DNA from: an uncultured Gammaproteobacteria bacterium
GTDB lineage: Bacteria; Patescibacteriota; Microgenomatia; UBA10105
Length of the DNA: 64,000 nt
Reading direction: 5' to 3'
NCBI GenBank assembly: GCA_964412165.1
Contig: CAYPMW010000001.1
Span: 16,316-80,315 of the forward strand
Below are positions 38,872 through 48,165 of the stretch, piece after piece. Each line of letters opens with the position of its first letter. Positions within the stretch are counted from its first letter, which is position 1. The position numbers were made by a program, and so were the translations under genes. The notes under the pieces are model-generated. The model was not told the origin of the DNA. It ran no database searches and was given only the letters and a program-made list of their open reading frames with translations.

Positions 38872-40160
38872 AAAATGTAACAGTAATAGTTTTGGTTGGA
38901 GGAGAGTCACGCAGATTTTGGCCTCTGTCCAATAAAATACTATTTCCTTTAGCTGGAAAAACGTATTTAGAACGTCAAATTGAAAAACTAAAAAAAAACG
39001 GTTTCCCAAATATCCTTGTAGTAACCACACCGTTTATTAAAGAACGTTTTATCGATAAACAAATTGAAGTAATTGTACAAGAAGGGAAAGGTCAGGGAAG
39101 AGCAATTTTATCAGCCAAAGCTAGTATAGGGGCAAAGCCGATTTTAGTCGTAAATGGAGATGATTTGGTAGAGGATGAGTTATTTACATCGATCAAACCA
39201 TTTATTGAAAGCGAGCAAAATTTTCTGGTGGGGATCAAACCAGCAGGATATTTCCCCGGAGGTTATTTAGAATTTGACGGTTCAGAAATAATAGGCATCA
39301 AGGAAAAACCTGGTGAAGGTAACGAACCAAGTACATGTCTAAAGCTAGTTTGCGATTACTATCATGACTGTTCGAAGCTTCTGTCGTATCTAGAACGTAC
39401 TCAAGAGACTGATTTTGATTCACACTATGAATCTGCCCTGAATTTGATGATGAAAGATGGTGAGCGATTTTCTTTGGTACAATACCGTGGAGTATGGCTG
39501 CCTTTAAAATATCCATGGCATGTTCTGGCGATCATGGATTATGTGCTTCAGAAAGAGTTTACCTCCGCTTATTCTCACCCATCTGTATTTATACATAAAA
39601 CTGCGGAAATTTCAGGCGCGGTCGTAATTGATGCGAACGTTAAAATTATGGAGTATGCAAAAATTGTGGGTCCTACTTATATTGGTGCTGGATCAGTCAT
39701 CGGAAATCATACCATGGTTAGATCGTCAATGATTGGTGAACATGCAGTCATTGGATTCGGATCGGATGTGACTAGAAGCTTTATTGGAAACGAGACCTGG
39801 CTTCATACGAACTACGTTGGTGATAGTGTACTTTCCGATAATGTCGGGGTCGGTGCTGGTGCAGTTTTAGCAAATTTACGGCTAGATGAAAAAGAAATCG
39901 AGTCAAGTGTAAATGGGATAAGAATTAACACTAATCGAATCAAAGCTGGCGCTTTTGTAGGAGAGGGGAGTCGAATCGGAATCCAGGCTCAAGTGATGCC
40001 GGGAATAAAAATTGGCAGATTTAGTCTGATCGGGCCAGGTGTGCTTTTAAACGAAGATTTAGGCGATAATAAACGCTGTTATATCAAACAGGAGCACACG
40101 GTAACTGATTATTATCCAGTTAATATCCCTGATCGAGATCGATTCCGCAAATTGCTGTAA
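38868..40160 (+). CDS. glmU: Bifunctional sugar-1-P nucleotidyltransferase/acetyltransferase (archaeal-type GlmU-like)
   Basis: GG.SRRFWP..K, VNGDD, EKP, YPW, LbH domain, GDSV..GAG...ANLRLD. Confidence 0.7.
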   Translation: MKNVTVIVLVGGESRRFWPLSNKILFPLAGKTYLERQIEKLKKNGFPNILVVTTPFIKERFIDKQIEVIVQEGKGQGRAILSAKASIGAKPILVVNGDDLVEDELFTSIKPFIESEQNFLVGIKPAGYFPGGYLEFDGSEIIGIKEKPGEGNEPSTCLKLVCDYYHDCSKLLSYLERTQETDFDSHYESALNLMMKDGERFSLVQYRGVWLPLKYPWHVLAIMDYVLQKEFTSAYSHPSVFIHKTAEISGAVVIDANVKIMEYAKIVGPTYIGAGSVIGNHTMVRSSMIGEHAVIGFGSDVTRSFIGNETWLHTNYVGDSVLSDNVGVGAGAVLANLRLDEKEIESSVNGIRINTNRIKAGAFVGEGSRIGIQAQVMPGIKIGRFSLIGPGVLLNEDLGDNKRCYIKQEHTVTDYYPVNIPDRDRFRKLL

Positions 40161-40172
40161 CACCTGATACAT

Positions 40173-40913
40173 GTGAATGTTCGTATGTTAACACGCCATT
40201 TTCCGATACTCATATTACCAGGTTGGATGATGGATGCAGCTCATTATACTGTTTGTGCGAACGAATTTAAGAATTTAAGGTATGAAACGTACACGGTCTC
40301 GTTTCCGGGTTTTCCAAATGGACCGTCTATTGAAAAAGCATATGGTTTAACTGATTATGTAATATATTTAGATAAATATTTAAAGAAACATCAAATAAAA
40401 AAAGGAATTTTCATCTGTCATTCATTCGGCGGGAGAGTTGCACTTAAGTACCTGTCTCAAAATCCAGATAAAGCTTATGCTTTGATTCTTTCCGGAACAC
40501 CGGGATTTCCTAGCCAGCGCTTATACACAATACTTATTATAGGGCTCACAAAATTAGGAAATATAGTCTCGTACATTCCACCAATACTTTTTTTTCGTAA
40601 TACACTCAAACGTCTGATATATAAACGACTGGGATCAAAAGATTATTATTTTTCCCAAGGACTAATGAAGGAAACCTTCATCCGCATTGTGAATGAATCC
40701 TTAATTGACTATATGAGAAAAATCCGCCTACCAACTCTTCTTTTATGGGGTGAGAAGGACAACATGGTGAAAGTAACAGTTGCGAAAAGGATGCGTGAGG
40801 CAATAAAAAATGTCAGTCTCATAATTATTCCTGGGGGCAATCACAGTTTATTAATTAATCAGCCGAAGCGTTTTGTCCAAGAAGTTGTTGGGTATCTAGA
40901 CAAATTGACATGA
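40173..40913 (+). CDS. Alpha/beta hydrolase
   Basis: LPGW, FPGF, CHSFGG nucleophile elbow, WGEKD, GGNH. Confidence 0.9.
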   Translation: MNVRMLTRHFPILILPGWMMDAAHYTVCANEFKNLRYETYTVSFPGFPNGPSIEKAYGLTDYVIYLDKYLKKHQIKKGIFICHSFGGRVALKYLSQNPDKAYALILSGTPGFPSQRLYTILIIGLTKLGNIVSYIPPILFFRNTLKRLIYKRLGSKDYYFSQGLMKETFIRIVNESLIDYMRKIRLPTLLLWGEKDNMVKVTVAKRMREAIKNVSLIIIPGGNHSLLINQPKRFVQEVVGYLDKLT

Positions 40914-42373
40914 AAATTCAAGTTTTAATCGCCCTAGTCTGGGTAATTCGTATAATAGGAAATTTAATGTCCTTCATACATTTATGGTATGTGAAGGAAT
41001 ACCGGTGGGACAGGATGATGGTTCATTTTCGTCGTACACGTCAGGGTAAAATGCTACTGTTTATTCCTTGGCGAATTCCCCCATTTACCCCAAAAACTAT
41101 GTTGATTTCGATTTTTTCAGTACTCACTTTGATACTTTTATATGTTTTTCAACCCGTAACACTCATATGGAAAATATTCATTCTTGATCTTATCACGTTT
41201 CCGGTGGTCAGTTTTTGGGTAACCATATTAGGAATACCAACCCGAATGTATCACCGACGCGTGATTGCCCGTGCCAGAGAAATTATTGCTTCACGTGATA
41301 ATTTGTTGACCGTTGGAATAACTGGGAGTTATGGTAAAAGTTCCACAAAAGAATATCTGTATACGATCCTCAGTCAAAAATATCAAACACTGAAGACGCA
41401 AACAAGTAAAAATTCGGCAATTGGTGTATCAGAGGTAATCCTAAATCACTTAAAACCTGACTATGAACGATTTGTAGTGGAAATGGGGGCGTATAAAACG
41501 CATGATATTGAAGAAATGGCGCTTATTTCCCGACCACAGGTAGGTATCATTACGGCAATCAATGCACAGCATCAAGATCTTTTTGGATCGCTCGAAAATA
41601 CGATACGCACAAAATACGAACTAATTCAAAATCTTTATGGGAAGCGAATTGGGATTTTTAATGCAGACAACGAGTTTACATTTGAGATGGCAGAGAGAGC
41701 GAAAAAAGAAGAATTTACTGTCTTTATATATACTCTACGTCGGGTAATCTTTAAGACCAATCATGTATTTTGGGGAGAAAAAATTAAAGCCACCTTAAAC
41801 GGTCTTGAGATGACTGTTAAATATAATCATTTTTCCCAGCCTGTAATGGTACCGCTACTCGGCAAGCATCAAGCTCAGAATATACTTGCAGCTATTGCTG
41901 GAGCTGTGGCGTTGGGTATGACCTTTAATGAAGCAGTCAGAGCGGCGAGACTGCTTAGGGCAAATCCCAAAACCATGGAACCATTAGCAGGAATAAACGG
42001 CTCGCTATTTATCAATGATACGTTTAATAATAACCCCGATGCGGCAAAGGCAGCCATAGAATTCCTAAAACTATCAAAAGGTAAAAGAATACTAGTGTTT
42101 CAACCCATGATCGAGTTGGGTGAGTTTACCGATGTTGCTCATCGAGAGATTGGAACGTTGGCAGCTCAAATTTGTGATGAAATTCTTTTAACCAATGACA
42201 ATTTTAACGCACCCTTCATGCAGGGTGTACTTAAAGCTAAAAAAAGGGTTAATCTTAGGATAGCAAGTCCTAAAGGGATTGCCGAGCACCTGGCAATCGT
42301 GGTGGCCAAAGATGATACTGTAGTTTTTAAAGGAAAAGAAGCTGAGCTTTCTTTATCACTGCTTACTAAATAA
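40910..42373 (+). CDS. murF: MurF-like Mur ligase with N-terminal transmembrane extension
   Basis: GITGSYGKSSTKE, VEMGA, QH..LFG, NAD, DTFNNNP, MIELG; about 110 aa hydrophobic N-terminus. Confidence 0.75.
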   Translation: MKIQVLIALVWVIRIIGNLMSFIHLWYVKEYRWDRMMVHFRRTRQGKMLLFIPWRIPPFTPKTMLISIFSVLTLILLYVFQPVTLIWKIFILDLITFPVVSFWVTILGIPTRMYHRRVIARAREIIASRDNLLTVGITGSYGKSSTKEYLYTILSQKYQTLKTQTSKNSAIGVSEVILNHLKPDYERFVVEMGAYKTHDIEEMALISRPQVGIITAINAQHQDLFGSLENTIRTKYELIQNLYGKRIGIFNADNEFTFEMAERAKKEEFTVFIYTLRRVIFKTNHVFWGEKIKATLNGLEMTVKYNHFSQPVMVPLLGKHQAQNILAAIAGAVALGMTFNEAVRAARLLRANPKTMEPLAGINGSLFINDTFNNNPDAAKAAIEFLKLSKGKRILVFQPMIELGEFTDVAHREIGTLAAQICDEILLTNDNFNAPFMQGVLKAKKRVNLRIASPKGIAEHLAIVVAKDDTVVFKGKEAELSLSLLTK

Positions 42374-42376
42374 TAT

Positions 42377-43600
42377 ATGTTTGAGCGGGCTGTACTTATC
42401 GGTGTATCGCCGAATATTGGTTGGGATGACTGGCGTTTAACACTCAAGTTATTATTGCATCCGAGTGAGTGGTACATAGGCATCTGGGTCGGTAAAGTCG
42501 AGGACTGGTTTCATGATTATTTTCGGATCAAACACGCTGTCAGTTTCGACTCAGCCCGATCGGCTTTATATATCCTACTTACATCACTTGAATTGGATAA
42601 GGGGAGTGAGATACTTCTTCAAGCATTTACCTGCACTGCAGTTCCAAATGCCATTTTGGCTTCTGGTTATATGCCAGTATATACCGATATTGATGCAACG
42701 CTTAATCTTGATGCGTCGGATGCTCAAGCGAAACTCTCAAAAAAGACACGCGCTTTGATCATACAACATACATTTGGCGTACCAGCAAATATGGAGAAGG
42801 TATATTCCTTTTGTAAAAATAATAATCTTATTTTAATCGAAGATTGTGCTCATTCACTTAGTGCAACGTTTAAGGGAAAATTAGTAGGCACATTTGGTAA
42901 AGCTGCGATATTCAGTTTCGGTAGAGATAAGCTAATATCTTCGGTTTGTGGTGGAATGCTCATTACAGATGACTCTATTTTATATCAAAAAATAAAAAAG
43001 AGGCAGTCGGAATTGCCATATCCATCTCGGATTTTGATTATAAGGCGGCTTTTGCATCCGTTGATCACGTTACCCGCTATGTATATATATACCTATTTTA
43101 ATCTCGGTAAATTTCTTATCGCCATTTGTAGAGCAAGTGGACTAATTACACATCCGGTGTCAGACGACGAGTCAAGAGGAGTTATGTCACTTCGCGAGAT
43201 AAAAAAATTTCCGGATGCCCTCGCCCAAATGGCATTTCATCAACTCGAGAAACTTCAGGCTATGAATGTTCGTCGTAAACATATTACCGATAGCTATTTC
43301 AAGGCAATTAAAGGGGTAAAATTACCCTCGAAAACTACTGGAGCAGTGTATTTACGGTTTAATCTCCTCAGTTCACGCGCCGACGAGCTGCGTTTCAAGG
43401 CGAAACAAAGGGGTATACTACTGGGTGCGTGGTATAGCCATATTATTGATCCTAAATCAGTTGCTTATAAAAGTGTACGTTATGAAGTGGGCAGTTGCCC
43501 TCATGCAGAAAAGGCAGCTAAAGAATCGGTTAACCTGCCAACGTATTCACTGTTAACAGACAGACAAATAACTGAGGTGATTAAACTGATATCAGTCTAA
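42377..43600 (+). CDS. DegT/DnrJ/EryC1/StrS PLP-dependent aminotransferase
   Basis: SARSAL, AFTC..V, IEDCAH, FSFGRDK (PLP Lys), NLP. Confidence 0.9.
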   Translation: MFERAVLIGVSPNIGWDDWRLTLKLLLHPSEWYIGIWVGKVEDWFHDYFRIKHAVSFDSARSALYILLTSLELDKGSEILLQAFTCTAVPNAILASGYMPVYTDIDATLNLDASDAQAKLSKKTRALIIQHTFGVPANMEKVYSFCKNNNLILIEDCAHSLSATFKGKLVGTFGKAAIFSFGRDKLISSVCGGMLITDDSILYQKIKKRQSELPYPSRILIIRRLLHPLITLPAMYIYTYFNLGKFLIAICRASGLITHPVSDDESRGVMSLREIKKFPDALAQMAFHQLEKLQAMNVRRKHITDSYFKAIKGVKLPSKTTGAVYLRFNLLSSRADELRFKAKQRGILLGAWYSHIIDPKSVAYKSVRYEVGSCPHAEKAAKESVNLPTYSLLTDRQITEVIKLISV

Positions 43601-44266
43601 ATGATGCCAAACTTAAATGTAATTTCGCTAGAAGTAGGTATGATGCGCACAAAATGTTATCTGATTATTGATTCTGATTCAAGGGGAGCTGTGGTGATCG
43701 ATCCAGGCGACGAAGCGGAATATATTAAAACCATTTTAAATGACCATCATGCAACGTTGACTGAAATAATCGCCACCCACGGTCATTTCGACCATGTTTT
43801 AGGAGTATTTGAACTCCAGTCAGTTTACAACTGTCCATTTTATATGAATTCCAAAGATGAATTTCTTCTCAAAAAGTTGCCATATTCGGTAAAAAAGTAT
43901 CTGAGTTTGCATGACGAGGTATTCATTCCGGAAATCACGAAGCCTTTACAGGTAGATACATCCATTAAATTTTTTGAATTTGCAGTGGAGATTATCGAAA
44001 CCCCTGGGCATACACCAGGTAGTATTAGCCTGTATGTGAAGGATGAAGGAATTTTATTTACTGGGGATACTCTTTTTGCTCAAGGTGGTGTCGGTAGAAC
44101 CGATTTTTCATATTCCAACGCTTCGAAATTACGCGATTCGATCAAAAAGTTATTTCTATTCCCTTTAGATACCGTCATCTATCCAGGACATGGAGAAAAA
44201 TCAACACTCGAAGTTGAATTAGAGTATCATAAAAAATTTTTTTCATACCCAGACGAAAAAGGTTAA
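43601..44266 (+). CDS. MBL-fold metallo-hydrolase (glyoxalase II-like)
   Basis: THGHFDH, TPGHTPG, FTGD, YPGHG. Confidence 0.92.
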   Translation: MMPNLNVISLEVGMMRTKCYLIIDSDSRGAVVIDPGDEAEYIKTILNDHHATLTEIIATHGHFDHVLGVFELQSVYNCPFYMNSKDEFLLKKLPYSVKKYLSLHDEVFIPEITKPLQVDTSIKFFEFAVEIIETPGHTPGSISLYVKDEGILFTGDTLFAQGGVGRTDFSYSNASKLRDSIKKLFLFPLDTVIYPGHGEKSTLEVELEYHKKFFSYPDEKG

Positions 44267-44281
44267 TTAATAAGATGAATT

Positions 44282-45301
44282 ATGGATTTTTTAAAGATTA
44301 AACTTGTCAATAATCTAAGCCACTGGGATAAATTTATCCTAAACAAAAGTCCCTGGAGTTTTTTTCAGTCATACGCGTGGGGAGACGTACAACGTCTCAT
44401 CGGCATAGAGGTAATGCGTTTTGGAGTCTATGATCGTGACAAAATGCGAGGAGCGTTCCAAATGTTCATCATCAAAGCCCGTCGCGGAACATTTATACAC
44501 GTACGGCACGGGCCGGTTTTTGATACCCGGGACCCACATGCGCTGGTCAACTATTGGAATCTATTTACTCATGAAATGGTACGTATCGCGCATGAAAAAG
44601 GTGCTTTTTGTGTCAGAGTAAGTCCAATGTATAAGGATGATTTGGTGTATAGGCAAATGCTCGGTAATTTACATTATATTCCGGCACCAATTCATCGACT
44701 CGATTTCGAGACATGTTGGTTGCTTGATCTTCAAAAAAACGAAGCAGACCTATTTACATCTATGCGTAAAACCACGCGGTATCTTATAAGACAAGCTATT
44801 AAATTAGGAGTTGAGGTAGAGATCTCCCAAAATATAGATGCGTTTCTCAGATTGTATGAACGTACGACTGTTCGCCACCATTTTATACCCCACAAGGGGA
44901 TTCGTGAGGAATACTCGATTTACACTAAAAACAAGCAAGGCATACTCCTTTTAGGAAAATATCGACGGGAAGTTTTATCAGGAGCACTGATTATTTTTTT
45001 TGGTAATCAAGCTATCTATCATCATGGTGCATCATTAGCCAGTAAAATTCCTGCTTCGTATCTTCTTCAGTGGGTAGCGATACAAGAAGCGAGGAAACGC
45101 AAGCTTAAGTTTTATAATTTTGGAGGAATTGCCCCGCCGAACGTACCGCGTCATCCCTGGAGGGGTTTATCGCTTTTTAAAAGAGGGTTTGGTGGAGAGG
45201 AAATTCATTTCATACACGCTCATGATCTTCCCACGAGTCCTCTCTATGGAGTATCATATACACTGGACAAGATAAGAAAAATAGTTCGCGGATACGAATA
45301 A
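44282..45301 (+). CDS. FemABX-family aminoacyl-tRNA-dependent peptidyltransferase
   Basis: FFQS..WG, HGP, MRKTTRY.IR.A.K.GV, Y..GAS, YNFGG, G...FK.GFGG. Confidence 0.9.
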   Translation: MDFLKIKLVNNLSHWDKFILNKSPWSFFQSYAWGDVQRLIGIEVMRFGVYDRDKMRGAFQMFIIKARRGTFIHVRHGPVFDTRDPHALVNYWNLFTHEMVRIAHEKGAFCVRVSPMYKDDLVYRQMLGNLHYIPAPIHRLDFETCWLLDLQKNEADLFTSMRKTTRYLIRQAIKLGVEVEISQNIDAFLRLYERTTVRHHFIPHKGIREEYSIYTKNKQGILLLGKYRREVLSGALIIFFGNQAIYHHGASLASKIPASYLLQWVAIQEARKRKLKFYNFGGIAPPNVPRHPWRGLSLFKRGFGGEEIHFIHAHDLPTSPLYGVSYTLDKIRKIVRGYE

Positions 45302-45349
45302 TACTTAAAGCGCCCTAAAAATTGCCGACTTCGATTATAATAAATATAT

Positions 45350-45721
45350 ATGGAAACTATCAGACAGCATCATATTTCCTTAAAAAATGCATTTTCAGGG
45401 ATTTGGTGGGCACTGAGGACCCAGCCGAACTTTAAGATACATCTCACACTTTCTATACTCGCGGTTTTTTTGGGAGTAATATTTAAACTAACACTCCCTG
45501 AATGGGTGATACTCATCTTTACTATTTTTTGGGGACTGGCGACTGAAATGCTTAACACCAGCATTGAGGCGATAACGGATTTAGTTACTCAGGAATGGAG
45601 ACAGGAAGCTAAGATCGCTAAAGACGTATCAGCCGGGATGATGCTCGTAGTGGCACTTGGCGCGCTGTGTATAGGGTTTATATTATTTGTGCCGAAAATA
45701 TGGCATTTGATTATTACCTAA
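45350..45721 (+). CDS. dgkA: Diacylglycerol/undecaprenol kinase
   Basis: S.KNA..G, NFKIH, EMLNTSIE...D, AKIAKDVSAG; TATAAT 8 nt before ATG. Confidence 0.92.
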   Translation: METIRQHHISLKNAFSGIWWALRTQPNFKIHLTLSILAVFLGVIFKLTLPEWVILIFTIFWGLATEMLNTSIEAITDLVTQEWRQEAKIAKDVSAGMMLVVALGALCIGFILFVPKIWHLIIT

Positions 45722-45725
45722 ACGC

Positions 45726-46766
45726 ATGATCATTATTCTCACCATATTACTTTTTTCCGTAATTCTTAATAGCTTACTTTTCATACCATTCATTAATTTA
45801 CTATATAAGATCAGATTCCAAAGGCAGAAACAGCAAACTAAGGATGCATTTGATCAGCCTACGCCAATTTTTGATAGATTACATAATACTAAAGTTGGAA
45901 TTCCAGTTGGGGGAGGATTATTGATCCTGTTTACGACAGCAATGTTATTTCCCATACTTCTGTTACTTTTCAAATTTTTCTTCATACCCATTACTGCTCT
46001 TTACTCATTGGAACAAGAAGTAAAAATTGTGATGTTTACGTTTTTATCATTTGCGGTACTTGGATTATATGACGATTTAAAAAAGACATTTGATATTAGA
46101 AAAAATGCTTTTTTCGGATTACGGTTGCGTCATAAACTAATCATTGAAATTATTTTATCACTTATCGTTTCTTACTGGATGTTTTTTGAATTAAAAATTC
46201 AAATAATTCATATACCGTTGGTAGGAGTCGTAAGTTTGGGGGTATTTTTCATACCGTTTGCAGTATTTGTGATGGTTGCTTTCAGTAATGCATATAATAT
46301 TACCGATGGGTTAGATGGACTAGCTGCAGGAATTTTGCTTATATCACTTATGGCGTTTCTGGTGATCTCAGCTTCGATTATTGATACGTCTTTGTCAATT
46401 TTTCTCGCTCTCTGGCTTGGAGGAATTCTGGCATTTTTATACTTTAATGTATATCCAGCCAGGATTATATTGGGAGATGTTGGCGCTCTCTCGTTTGGCG
46501 CCACGTTTGCTGTCATTGGACTACTACTCGGTAAAACGTTTGCCTTACTCGTGATTGGAGGAATTTTTGTGATTGAGGTAGCCTCATCGCTCCTTCAGCT
46601 GTTATCAAAAAAATTTCTCAAAAAGAAGGCATTTGAAGTCTCACCACTACATCTACTACTCCAACACCGAGGGTGGCCTGAGCCTAAAGTGGTAATGAGG
46701 TTTTGGATAGTCAGCATTATACTATCCATCTTAGGCCTTTGGTTTGCCTTAATCACCAGACAATAA
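45726..46766 (+). CDS. mraY: Phospho-MurNAc-pentapeptide transferase
   Basis: P.GGG, LYDD, SNAYNITDGLDGL, FN.YPA...GD.G, PLH. Confidence 0.95.
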   Translation: MIIILTILLFSVILNSLLFIPFINLLYKIRFQRQKQQTKDAFDQPTPIFDRLHNTKVGIPVGGGLLILFTTAMLFPILLLLFKFFFIPITALYSLEQEVKIVMFTFLSFAVLGLYDDLKKTFDIRKNAFFGLRLRHKLIIEIILSLIVSYWMFFELKIQIIHIPLVGVVSLGVFFIPFAVFVMVAFSNAYNITDGLDGLAAGILLISLMAFLVISASIIDTSLSIFLALWLGGILAFLYFNVYPARIILGDVGALSFGATFAVIGLLLGKTFALLVIGGIFVIEVASSLLQLLSKKFLKKKAFEVSPLHLLLQHRGWPEPKVVMRFWIVSIILSILGLWFALITRQ

Positions 46767-46770
46767 ATCT

Positions 46771-48165
46771 ATGGATTTTTCTGATAAAAAAGTTGCCATC
46801 ATGGGGCTTTCTGTTGAAGGGACTGACTCTGCAAAATTTTTTGCTCACGAGGGTGCAGATGTGCATTGTTTCGACAGGCGTTCAAAAGCAGATTTCGTCG
46901 AATCAATCAAAGACTTGGAGCTACTGGGTGTAAAATTTAATTTTGGACCTGACTACCTTTCAGAACTCGAAACATTTGATCTCATAGTCCGAACGCCAGG
47001 CATGAATTTAAATTTACCCCAGTTAGTTAGAGCAAAAGCACGTGGTCAGATTATCACAAGTCTGACTAAGATATTTTTCGAGTTGTGTCAGGCACCGATT
47101 ATTGGTGTCACGGGTACAAAAGGCAAAGGCACGACGTCAGCACTGATCGGAGAGATTCTAAAAACAAACGGAGATATGGTGTATGTGGGAGGAAATATCG
47201 GTACACCGCTTTTATCCCAAGTCAGAAAGATCACGCGGAAAGATTGGATTGTGCTTGAACTTTCGTCATTTCAACTTGAGGATCTTACTCAGAGTCCACA
47301 CATAGCTGTGGTATTAAATATTACTCAAGATCATCTTAAAAATTTTGATCCTTATTCGACAAATTACCATAAAACGAAAGTAGACTATATTCAAGCAAAA
47401 ACATCTTTAGTTAGGTATCAAACGAATGATGATTTCTGTGTGGTTAATGCCGATTACGACGTTTCGAAGACATTTGCGTCATTAACTCAGGCGCAAAAAT
47501 ATTATTTTTCTAGTAAATTTCCCACTCAAGGAGTATATGTAAAAGATAATCAGCTTATATTAGAAATCCGAAATACCTATTTTGAGATTTGTCGTTCAAG
47601 CGAATTTCAGTTGCGTGGAAAGCATAATTGGGAAAATATTGCTGCTGCCTCGCTTTCTGCTTATCTAGCTGGGGCAAGTAAAGATAGCATCCGGCAGGCT
47701 GTTAGAGCATTTCGAGGTCTGGCGCATCGTTTGGAATATGTGGGTGAAAAAAATGGAATCAAGTATTACGACGATTCATTTTCAACTACGCCTGAAACAT
47801 CAATCGCCGCACTAAAATCTTTCGCAGAACCAATCATATTAATTGTAGGCGGTTCAGAAAAGGGGTCTGATTACACCGAGTTGGGTAAAACTATATCTGA
47901 TTCAAAAATTAGATGCATAATTCTTATCGGTACTACTGCAGAAAAAATTGAGAAAGCTGTTTTTCATGCGTGTGAGAGAGCAAAAATTAGAGTACCTCCA
48001 ATTATTAGGCATCCTGGGAATATGGAAGATATAGTCAAAGCCGCTCGCAGTGTGGCATCACCCGGAGATGTAGTACTACTTTCACCAGCATGTGCCTCAT
48101 TTGATATGTTTAAGAATTACAAAGAACGAGGAAAACTTTTCAAACAATATGCCAAGACGAATTGA
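46771..48165 (+). CDS. murD: UDP-MurNAc-L-Ala--D-glutamate ligase
   Basis: TGTKGKGTT, GGNIG, ELSSFQL, HRLE, DDS.ST, LSPACASFD. Confidence 0.96.
   Translation: MDFSDKKVAIMGLSVEGTDSAKFFAHEGADVHCFDRRSKADFVESIKDLELLGVKFNFGPDYLSELETFDLIVRTPGMNLNLPQLVRAKARGQIITSLTKIFFELCQAPIIGVTGTKGKGTTSALIGEILKTNGDMVYVGGNIGTPLLSQVRKITRKDWIVLELSSFQLEDLTQSPHIAVVLNITQDHLKNFDPYSTNYHKTKVDYIQAKTSLVRYQTNDDFCVVNADYDVSKTFASLTQAQKYYFSSKFPTQGVYVKDNQLILEIRNTYFEICRSSEFQLRGKHNWENIAAASLSAYLAGASKDSIRQAVRAFRGLAHRLEYVGEKNGIKYYDDSFSTTPETSIAALKSFAEPIILIVGGSEKGSDYTELGKTISDSKIRCIILIGTTAEKIEKAVFHACERAKIRVPPIIRHPGNMEDIVKAARSVASPGDVVLLSPACASFDMFKNYKERGKLFKQYAKTN

Noticed and set aside
43601-44266. Metallo-beta-lactamase resistance gene
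   Set aside because: No signal peptide; the motif set is that of cytoplasmic glyoxalase II-like hydrolases
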